A stretch of DNA of 64,000 nt from a virus (lineage: Duplodnaviria > Caudoviricetes): IMG/VR virus record IMGVR_UViG_3300020185_001680, positions 1,727-65,726 of that record. One strand, written 5' to 3'. Positions 56,647 through 64,000 of this stretch are shown here, one piece after another (within the stretch, counting starts at the first letter, position 1; each line of letters starts with the position of its first letter). The notes under the pieces were generated by a model. That model saw only the letters and a list, made by a program, of their open reading frames with translations. It was not told where the DNA came from and made no database searches. Both the position numbers and the translations under genes were made by a program.

Positions 56647-57719
56647 TAAGGGTTACCTCCGCCGGCTGTTTTCCAAAAGTCTGACGTACCCTGATCATGT
56701 GAATAACGGCTTACTGCATCTGCGTTTGCATCTTTAGGCGTTAACCACTCTGCCTTCTTTTCTTTTAACGATGCTTGATTTCTAGTGTCAATAGCAGTAC
56801 CGCTTTCAGTTCCGGGTAAAGGACCTTTGCCTCTAAGTTTTTTGTATTCTAACTTATCGCCGCCGCCCTTAAGGAAACGCTCCATATCAGCTTCGGGTAT
56901 AAAACTGTTTACCAAAGGCTTTACTGAGAAGTTTTCGTACTGGATATCCATGTTAACCATTACTGGATCAGCAGACGAATGGTCAAATCCATCTACAGTA
57001 AATCCTGTTACAATAGGGTTAAACATAGTATAAACAATCGAGCGTTGAGCATGAAACATAACTATGTCTATATGGCTTAAGAAGTACTTCTGATTACCTG
57101 GTAATAAATTATATCCCATGTTGTTATCACTATATTGTGAATTGAATCCGTATGTTGGTCCGTTTGTGCTACCTGTTGGTATTGCACTAGGAACTACATC
57201 ATACGGTATCTTTTTAGGACTTAGTGATGTTGTACTAATAGTACCACTGCCGTTGGGGTCAGTTGTCGTTGTGGTTGTAGATTCGTATTGCCCCATTGGG
57301 TTTGTAAATAAATGTGCATACATTTTCATTAATAATAAAACCCATGCACTATCAACGGTGTCGTATGCTGACATCGAAATAGGTTTAAATTCTGCGTGGG
57401 TTACTGTAATTCGTTTTTTGTTGTATTGATTTTTTACGTCGGTCGCCATTTCGGCACTAGGAACATCACTGTTCTTGATCATACTGCTGAATACCGTATA
57501 GTCTCCAACTTGTGCCATATCAGTAATACCGGGCACACTAACATCACCATTAAAGTAAAAATTAGCATACCCGTTAAACTTCTGTCTTACCGGGGTGTTC
57601 TGCGGGTTAAAAGGCTTTGCATGATTCTCGTCAAATAGAAATGGTTCTGAGCCATCATACTTGACGGACGAAACCATTTCCATTGCCATTATTTTAAAGA
57701 AATCCTTTAAAAAACTCAT
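56646..57719 (-). CDS. Tail tube-like / baseplate-tube junction protein
   Basis: DVKNQYNKKRIT...FKPISMSAYD...FNPIVTGF..DGFDHS...MDIQYE tube-fold pattern; directly after the tube gene. Confidence 0.6.
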   Translation of the reverse strand: MSFLKDFFKIMAMEMVSSVKYDGSEPFLFDENHAKPFNPQNTPVRQKFNGYANFYFNGDVSVPGITDMAQVGDYTVFSSMIKNSDVPSAEMATDVKNQYNKKRITVTHAEFKPISMSAYDTVDSAWVLLLMKMYAHLFTNPMGQYESTTTTTTDPNGSGTISTTSLSPKKIPYDVVPSAIPTGSTNGPTYGFNSQYSDNNMGYNLLPGNQKYFLSHIDIVMFHAQRSIVYTMFNPIVTGFTVDGFDHSSADPVMVNMDIQYENFSVKPLVNSFIPEADMERFLKGGGDKLEYKKLRGKGPLPGTESGTAIDTRNQASLKEKKAEWLTPKDANADAVSRYSHDQGTSDFWKTAGGGNP

Positions 57720-57746
57720 CTTATGTTAAAGCCAGCCTAAGCCACC

Positions 57747-58388
57747 TTACCCTGTGATGCCGTCAGATGTTGCGCCGAATACATTCTCTCCTGGGAAGAT
57801 TTCGCCATCGCCACCAGCAACTGTAGAACCAGAACCATCACCATCACCAGGAACATGAACTGCATTATCAAATCTGATAGTCAGTGTAACTGTTACGGGT
57901 TCGTTGGTTGTGTAATCCGAATCACTGTAGTCAACATTCTGTAAGAAACATCCTTCTAGTCCCCATGTTTCCATAGGTTTAGTAGTTTGACCATCTAGTA
58001 TCTCAAGTCTAGTGTTAAACTTATAATCTGTGCCGGACAATGCCGCCTGTTGATTAAAGTGGTTCAACTGTCTTTGAACTTGCTTACCAGCTAATCTGGC
58101 TACTGAATTCTGAATGTCATCACGGATAACTAATGTCATAGTTTCCCATGTGTGCTTGCCTTGTACATAAACTTTTGACTGGTACGAATGAATCTCTACT
58201 TCCTCAAAGCTAATCTTAGGACGACTGACGTTCATAACGTTCTGTGTAAATTCCCTTGCGTTTCCTTGTGCACCAAAATTCTCTACCTTAACCCTAAAAC
58301 GAAATTTGAGTTTAGGCATTAGAATTCCTGCTGTACCGGATTCGTCAACTGGAACACCAAACTTATTTGTATTTCCAAAAATTGCCAT
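57747..58388 (-). CDS. Tail tube protein (T4 gp19-like)
   Basis: LMPKLKFRFRV, GKHTWETMTLVIRDD, WGLEGCFLQNVDYSDSDY, LTIRFDNA; follows the sheath gene. Confidence 0.88.
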   Translation of the reverse strand: MAIFGNTNKFGVPVDESGTAGILMPKLKFRFRVKVENFGAQGNAREFTQNVMNVSRPKISFEEVEIHSYQSKVYVQGKHTWETMTLVIRDDIQNSVARLAGKQVQRQLNHFNQQAALSGTDYKFNTRLEILDGQTTKPMETWGLEGCFLQNVDYSDSDYTTNEPVTVTLTIRFDNAVHVPGDGDGSGSTVAGGDGEIFPGENVFGATSDGITG

Positions 58389-58482
58389 TTGTTTTTCTCC
58401 TAACTTAAAATCCTTTTGGATTTATGTTACAGTTATTTATCTAATTAACAGCATTTTTGTTATAGTGTGTTTTAACGAAACC

Positions 58483-58512
58483 AAAAAAAAGGGGCCTAAA
58501 AGACCCCTTTTT
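58483..58512. terminator. Rho-independent terminator after the tail sheath gene
   Basis: A8-GGGG(C)CT-AAA-AG(A)CCCC-T5. Confidence 0.75.
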
Positions 58513-58530
58513 ATTGTTAAGTAATTAAAC

Positions 58531-61308
58531 TTACGCTGTTGAACCCAATGTGTTCTGGATTCTGATTGGTATATAAATAAACTCAATCGCTTTCACTGGC
58601 TGGATCGCAATATCGATATAAAGTTCGTTTCTATCGATTCTTGTTGGAGTGTTGTTTGATCCGTCACATACTGTAACATAATCAAATAAACCTCTTTGGA
58701 TTACTAAGTTAGATAGGAATCCATCAACAACGCCTTTTGCGTTCTGTCTTGTGATATCATCGTTCGGTTCAAACAAGAATGGCTTAACGATATCGTCAAG
58801 TCTTTCTCTAATGTGAACAATGAGTCTTGCAACGTTAATTCTATCCAAAGCACTTGCAGTTGGGTTTAGTGTCTTCTGACCGAAAACAACTAGTCCTCTA
58901 CCTGGGAAAGAAGCGATAGGGTTAACTTTATTCAAGTATAAATTATCTCTCTGTCCTTCGTTAAGTGTTACTGGAACGTACTCGCCATCAGTTGCGTTAA
59001 CATAACCTACTGAAGTTGCGTTTTGTACTAGTCCTCTTTGGAAACCAGCTGGTGCAAACCAAGGGTAAGCAATCTGGTCATTAAATGCAAGAGTTCTTAA
59101 AGCAACATGACTTGGTGGTACAACTACGTTAGTACCGTCTAAGTTTGTTGATAAAGCACTTGGATAGTAAACTGCCGCATATGGAGAGCTTGTTAGCAAT
59201 CCTTCTTCGCCATTTTCACTAGCAGTATTGGCGTTTGTTGCCCAGTTTTTAGTGCTTGTAGCATCTGCTTTAAGTCTAAATGGTGTGTCGCCTACAACAA
59301 ATGCTGTATTTCTTCTATCACCACTTAGTGCAACCATCTCATCTAATAGCTCTGGGAATCCAGGAGCGGATATTAGATTGAAAGCATTAATTTCACTTCT
59401 AAGATCATCATTAGAAACAATAGCACTTTGCATTGCAACTTTAACTACATTGTGTACTGCTTTTCTTAAACCAAACATTCTTCCGTCTACTTGGTTCATA
59501 GAAGCATCTACCCAAACGTTGCCAATATTAGTTCCTGCAGGAGTATAATTAATCTTATACTCTTTAACATTACCTGCTGAAGCACGTTTGTTAAATCCTA
59601 ACATACCTTGTGGATATGCTGTTCTTAAAGGTGCATCTGCATCTAAGGAACTTGATTTGGTTTGTCTAAAGTCAGCATATATAACACCTTCAGCAGTTAC
59701 TTGGTCTTTACCATCTACTGCTACCCAACTACCCGAAGCTCTTTTGTAAAGTGCTGGGAAGTTTTCAGTGTCATCTGAATCTAACCATACATCGCCGTCT
59801 ACTAATGCTGTACCATCACTCTGAGTGCTTGGAGCAGTTGAAGCCACTTGTAAGTCCTTAGTAAGTGTCTGCCAACCAGCACTTGCATCGTTTTCTAAGA
59901 TATCTGTTTTTGCTAAAGAAACACCTGCATCGTACCAGTAAGTACCTTCCGCTAATGTTCCTGTAATTGTTGTCTTACTTGCTTGGTAACTTAAATCACC
60001 GAAGTTAGAGTAAGTAATGTCTGCCGTTGCCGCGCCAGCGCCTAGACCCAATGAACTTGGACCAAAGTCTGCGTGTAGACTTTTAACTTCTACATCTCTG
60101 CCTGAAGAAACTGTTAACACTATGTTAGTGTCATCGCCTTCAGAAGCAACTACATCGCTAACGCCTGCACCTGATAATGCACTGTTAATATCAAATACTG
60201 CATCTTCAACTGTTGATGTAGCAGGTGTGCTACTGATTGAAGCCGTAAGTGCTACGTTTACAGTTGTGCCATTATAGACTACTTGTACGTTTGCATTACC
60301 TGAAACATCAATTGCCGTTTTCGCAGAACCTGTTCCAGTTACTGTTGCTTTGCCGTTATGTCTTTTCAATGTTAGACTTGCTGTAGTATTACCTACTGCG
60401 ATTAAGTCGCCTACTGAAACATTAGCAGTACCTATTGAAGTATATGCCGCATTAGTGTTTGAAAACAACGGAGTTGCTACTGCACTGAAAGACTTACTTG
60501 CTAGGCTGTAATATTTAACACTTAGCTCTACGCCAGTGTTTGGTGTAGTTTTTTGAATAAAAACATCACCTGAAGATAACGCACTAACGCCATCACTTTG
60601 TAAAGTTGGTACTGCAAGGTGTGTTCCAAACTGGAAGTCACTGCTTGTAGCAGAGATCCAACTTGCTGATCCAATTTCATACCAGTCATCACTGTACTTT
60701 TCAAAGTACTTGACTGTTGTTGCTGTTCCGCCAGCGGCTGTGTTAGCCACAACTGCGTAATCACCGTTAAGACCAAATGATTGCTTTGGTGCTCCGGTGG
60801 CGCTCTTAATATTGATTTTATCTGCAACTGATACGGATTTTTTAACCCATGCTGTACCTGACCATTCTCTTAGTCCAAAAGATGAACTTGCTGTGTCAAA
60901 CCAGTATGAACCGTCTGCAATAGCGCCTGTTGGTGCTGTTGAAGAAGCGGCTAATTGACCTAAGTCAATATCCGCTCTTACGATAAATGCTCTGTTTGCC
61001 AAACCTAAGAATGAGTGGGCCGCTAGTAAGCCGTATTCGTTGAGATCATAACCATTTAATGCTGTACTACCACTGCTGTAAAACAACGGATTACCAAAGT
61101 TCTGTAAAAGTTCTCTTTGGCTCGTAATTAATTTTAATTTACCTGCTTGTGTTTTAGTAGTAAATGCTGATGTTCCTGTGCCAGTTGGACTGCTCTTATC
61201 CTGAGCTGTCGCAATGACGATTAAAGGAACTGTTCCTGCGCCTGCTGAGGCGTAAAACGATTCATCACTTACACTAATACTAACACCAGGTGATACTAAT
61301 TCTGCCAT
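58531..61308 (-). CDS. Contractile tail sheath protein (T4 gp18-like) with large insertion
   Basis: LVSPGVS, PWFAPAGFQRG, RDNLYLNKVNPI, FGQKTL, DRINVARL, FLFEPND, IQPVKAIEFIYIP. Confidence 0.95.
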   Translation of the reverse strand: MAELVSPGVSISVSDESFYASAGAGTVPLIVIATAQDKSSPTGTGTSAFTTKTQAGKLKLITSQRELLQNFGNPLFYSSGSTALNGYDLNEYGLLAAHSFLGLANRAFIVRADIDLGQLAASSTAPTGAIADGSYWFDTASSSFGLREWSGTAWVKKSVSVADKINIKSATGAPKQSFGLNGDYAVVANTAAGGTATTVKYFEKYSDDWYEIGSASWISATSSDFQFGTHLAVPTLQSDGVSALSSGDVFIQKTTPNTGVELSVKYYSLASKSFSAVATPLFSNTNAAYTSIGTANVSVGDLIAVGNTTASLTLKRHNGKATVTGTGSAKTAIDVSGNANVQVVYNGTTVNVALTASISSTPATSTVEDAVFDINSALSGAGVSDVVASEGDDTNIVLTVSSGRDVEVKSLHADFGPSSLGLGAGAATADITYSNFGDLSYQASKTTITGTLAEGTYWYDAGVSLAKTDILENDASAGWQTLTKDLQVASTAPSTQSDGTALVDGDVWLDSDDTENFPALYKRASGSWVAVDGKDQVTAEGVIYADFRQTKSSSLDADAPLRTAYPQGMLGFNKRASAGNVKEYKINYTPAGTNIGNVWVDASMNQVDGRMFGLRKAVHNVVKVAMQSAIVSNDDLRSEINAFNLISAPGFPELLDEMVALSGDRRNTAFVVGDTPFRLKADATSTKNWATNANTASENGEEGLLTSSPYAAVYYPSALSTNLDGTNVVVPPSHVALRTLAFNDQIAYPWFAPAGFQRGLVQNATSVGYVNATDGEYVPVTLNEGQRDNLYLNKVNPIASFPGRGLVVFGQKTLNPTASALDRINVARLIVHIRERLDDIVKPFLFEPNDDITRQNAKGVVDGFLSNLVIQRGLFDYVTVCDGSNNTPTRIDRNELYIDIAIQPVKAIEFIYIPIRIQNTLGSTA

Positions 61309-61452
61309 TATAATCTCCTAATTTAATTTCGCTACATAGTATTATGTATAGATATTTATCAAAACAACGGGTAAATGGTATTATTATACAACTACTTTTC
61401 TAAATTTATAGGTGGTTTGATAAATATGCAAATTTTATCTGTTATAATGCTT

Positions 61453-62103
61453 TCAGGTATTATCGGTTAAATCGGATGATATTTGGAGAACTGATGCTTC
61501 TAGGTCTGTTAAAGTGCCTGTGTTTTCAATTTCATAGTCAAACTCGAAACCTACCCACTTCCACTCACTTGCATGTATATGTCTGTATTTAGTCTCCATG
61601 GTGTGTTTTGCTGTTACACTACCATTGTTGGCATGTACAGCCACTTCATACCACTCGGGTAACTCAGAGCGTTTTACATGTATTACTACTCCGCCTAATT
61701 CCTTGATTATGTTAAGTTCATTTTTAAATCTAGCATCGCTAACAACTACACATAGGTCATCTTGGCGTTGTCGTCTTATTCTGTATTCTAAACTGTTTAG
61801 CCATATGTCTTGACTAAAATGAGTACGCATAATATCTGTGCCTAACAACTGTAATGCAAGTCTAGGAGTAAAGTTATCAATCCCTAATTTTCTAGTCCAG
61901 TATAAGTCTGCTGTTTCTCTGAACTCTCTACTGTCCATAGTATCGCCTTCTAGCATTTCTCTTTGCCATCCAAATATACTTGCACACATATCTTTCAATG
62001 GTGCCGCGAAACTATCTTGTACACATCCTTGTTCTACGAACATTTTTGCTACAGTGTCTTTACCGCTACCTATGAATCCGCAAATGCCTATTAAATTACT
62101 CAT
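61453..62103 (-). CDS. Deoxynucleoside monophosphate kinase (T4 gp1-like)
   Basis: GICGFIGSGKDT, FAAPLKD, TPRLALQLLGTD, VVSDARFKNE, HASE. Confidence 0.92.
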   Translation of the reverse strand: MSNLIGICGFIGSGKDTVAKMFVEQGCVQDSFAAPLKDMCASIFGWQREMLEGDTMDSREFRETADLYWTRKLGIDNFTPRLALQLLGTDIMRTHFSQDIWLNSLEYRIRRQRQDDLCVVVSDARFKNELNIIKELGGVVIHVKRSELPEWYEVAVHANNGSVTAKHTMETKYRHIHASEWKWVGFEFDYEIENTGTLTDLEASVLQISSDLTDNT

Positions 62104-62133
62104 GCCAATACTTATGTTATGTTTACAGTAATA

Positions 62134-62970
62134 CTACTTTAAAAAGGTTCCGTTGTCAACCATTTTTTCCCATGTACTGAACGGAATATCCTTTTCAGCC
62201 ATAAGTCGTAGTGTTACTCTTGGTGTGTTGTCCTCTATTTTTACTTTGTGCCACTTGGCTAAATTGAGCAGGAAAGGATTATTGAATCCTTCTTTTACTG
62301 CTATTTGTGTTAAATGTGGTTCCCAAACTTCTGGCTTACAGAAATAATCATTAGGACTGCTTGTCATTAAACTTTTATCTACTGTGTAGGATCTAGGTTT
62401 GATATTATTAAATATATTTTTTGACTTTTGCCCTACAACATCCTTATTGATATAATCTGTAACAATTTCTTCAGTGGCTTGTTGCAATACATCATCGCCA
62501 TCAGCAAACAGTATTTGAGAATTTACTGGGTCGCCTATCAATCTAAAGTTGCAAACTGTACTAAAACGTTGCTCAGTTACAATAGGATTATTATGTGCAG
62601 GGTACTGTATTCCTTCACAGTGCCAATCACTAGGATCATTCCATGCTAATAATGTACAAGGAAAAAACTGATGCCCTATTCCACTTGACCACATGCGTTT
62701 AATAAATTCATCTGGAAAGTTATCTCTAACAAACTCGTTTAATGTACGCATAACTTTTTTGTCAGTGATATAGCCTACTCCACTAAAGTTTTGTTTAAAC
62801 TCTTTGCCTGTATAAAAATCTGATGTTGAATCGTGCCACTGTACTTTGTCAGCACCTAAATTCGATTGTTGGGAATAATTGTGTATAAGATCCAAGTCTT
62901 CTTCACACAAAATATCGTCTACAGTGAAGGGATTGTCTAAGTCAGGTAGTTCACAAAAACAATTGTTCAT
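62134..62970 (-). CDS. 2OG-Fe(II) oxygenase/cupin-like protein
   Basis: WHCEG (HxE), NFRL, LLNLAKWHKV...PRVTLRL distal His/Arg. Confidence 0.55.
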   Translation of the reverse strand: MNNCFCELPDLDNPFTVDDILCEEDLDLIHNYSQQSNLGADKVQWHDSTSDFYTGKEFKQNFSGVGYITDKKVMRTLNEFVRDNFPDEFIKRMWSSGIGHQFFPCTLLAWNDPSDWHCEGIQYPAHNNPIVTEQRFSTVCNFRLIGDPVNSQILFADGDDVLQQATEEIVTDYINKDVVGQKSKNIFNNIKPRSYTVDKSLMTSSPNDYFCKPEVWEPHLTQIAVKEGFNNPFLLNLAKWHKVKIEDNTPRVTLRLMAEKDIPFSTWEKMVDNGTFLK

Positions 62971-62975
62971 TAACT

Positions 62976-63743
62976 CTATCCAAGAACAAAACCAAGCGGA
63001 GCATTACCTTCTTCCATATTATGGAGTCCAGCAATCAATGAGTCTAGTTCAGTAAGGGCTTCTGTTTTTAAAGCATCGCCATTTAGTGTAGTTGCGCCAC
63101 CAGGTCCCGGTAGTCCGCCTGGGAATTTACTTCTTGCTTCGCCGAGCATCATTTTGCTCTGGGCTAAAGCATAAGCACTTAACCAGTCACTTGCATATAC
63201 ATCTTTTATTAGCACACTTTCTGGAATGAAGTTATGTACTCCTACTGCAATATCTTCTGCGTGATTTACGTTTCTTAGAATAGTTAATTCTTTTGAATTT
63301 CTGTTAAAGTTAAAGTTGTACTCACTACCAAATATACGACCAATAGTTTCTTTGTATTGTGCAAACGCATCGAATACAGCAAGTCCGCCTATTTGTCCTG
63401 CTTGTAGCATGTACATGTTATTAAATGCAACGTCAAATGGATCAAAGTTTGTTCCACCGCCGCTGTTGGTACCAATGCCTCGTCTATACAATCTTTTTAC
63501 ATCAATAACTTCATCTGGCAATGTGTATTTTGTAACACCTGCTTGTGTTTGTATAAAAATAACTGCTTCTTCGACTGAACCCGAACTAAGTTGTCTGTAT
63601 TTTGCGATTGCTTTATTAATTGCAACGTCATAATGATCTCTGTCTAATTCAACATCAACCATTCCGTCTGCAAGACGCAACCCTATCTCATTGATAAGTT
63701 CGTCTCGGTTGTTGTAACCTATTTGATCTATTTTGGTAGCCAT
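62976..63743 (-). CDS. Neck protein (T4 gp13-like)
   Basis: LRLADGMVDVELDRDHY, YTLPDEVIDV, YALAQSKMMLGEARSKF...PGGATTLNGDAL. Confidence 0.85.
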   Translation of the reverse strand: MATKIDQIGYNNRDELINEIGLRLADGMVDVELDRDHYDVAINKAIAKYRQLSSGSVEEAVIFIQTQAGVTKYTLPDEVIDVKRLYRRGIGTNSGGGTNFDPFDVAFNNMYMLQAGQIGGLAVFDAFAQYKETIGRIFGSEYNFNFNRNSKELTILRNVNHAEDIAVGVHNFIPESVLIKDVYASDWLSAYALAQSKMMLGEARSKFPGGLPGPGGATTLNGDALKTEALTELDSLIAGLHNMEEGNAPLGFVLG

Positions 63744-63767
63744 ACTACTATTTATCTTTTATGGTAT

Positions 63768-64000
63768 CTAGAATGCTCTAAGTATGATTGTAGTGTCGTT
63801 TAATCTGCCGTTCATTTTAGTAGGCGTAGTTTTAACTTCATCGAATGCTTTTGAAAACTTTGTTTTTGCTTTTCCAGTCCAATTATTAATTTGTTCTATT
63901 GGTTTACGCAAAGTTTTTTGTATACTTAACTCTTCGTCGAAGTCTTGTAGTGTAGTTCCTTTAACCATTAGCCCTGCTCCTTCTCTACCCCACCCTTTAG
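63768..64000 (-). CDS. 3' end of a hypothetical phage protein (starts beyond the window)
   Basis: Frame open to the window edge; VKGTTLQDFD...QKTLRKP...NGRLN motif. Confidence 0.7.
   Translation of the reverse strand, partial: KGWGREGAGLMVKGTTLQDFDEELSIQKTLRKPIEQINNWTGKAKTKFSKAFDEVKTTPTKMNGRLNDTTIILRAF

Noticed and set aside
802-63633. Numerous plus-strand ORFs of 60-200 aa in the ORF track
   Set aside because: They lie antisense to well-supported minus-strand genes and lack motifs, RBS or promoters; only 33742-34113 and 54087-54722 occupy free space with promoters.
1-64000. Stop-codon reassignment as seen in some jumbo phages
   Set aside because: Core genes are full length under the standard code and TAA, TAG and TGA all end genes.

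Overview
The whole window is a segment of an AT-rich, T4-related jumbo myophage genome, almost entirely coded on the minus strand. Gene content and order resemble RaK2/Atu_ph07-type jumbo phages and their uncultured aquatic relatives (inference from recalled family features, not a search). Core genes: PAAR, nrdAB, gp41-like helicase, primase, a 188-aa DnaE-like polymerase core, thyX, clamp-loader subunit, uvsW/uvsX/uvsY, gp32 SSB, large terminase, gp4 head-completion nuclease, tail tube, tail sheath, dNMP kinase and neck protein. Auxiliary genes: TonB-dependent receptor, apt plus MTA/SAH nucleosidase, NADP-dependent reductase, sulfotransferase, three glycosyltransferase-like paralogs, two SGNH-like proteins and a 2OG-Fe(II) oxygenase-like protein. 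Most notable observations: (1) an ~18 kb cluster (11.4-29.6 kb) of proteins with a shared MK-h-x-E/D...h-x-E leader like T4 capsid-targeting/prohead-protease signals, including a Cu/Zn-SOD-ParB-ParB fusion, a 1902-aa amidoligase plus PD-(D/E)XK polyprotein and a KxDG ligase-like protein, suggesting a virion-packaged, protease-processed enzyme cargo; (2) a late promoter box exactly 5 nt upstream of ATG in at least 10 genes, implying systematic leaderless late mRNAs; (3) a structured 3'-UTR element whose loop is complementary to the RBS of the same AAA-ATPase gene; (4) a minimal DnaE retaining all three catalytic aspartates. No tRNA, rRNA, CRISPR array, intron or codon reassignment was seen. All functional calls are motif-based, by eye.
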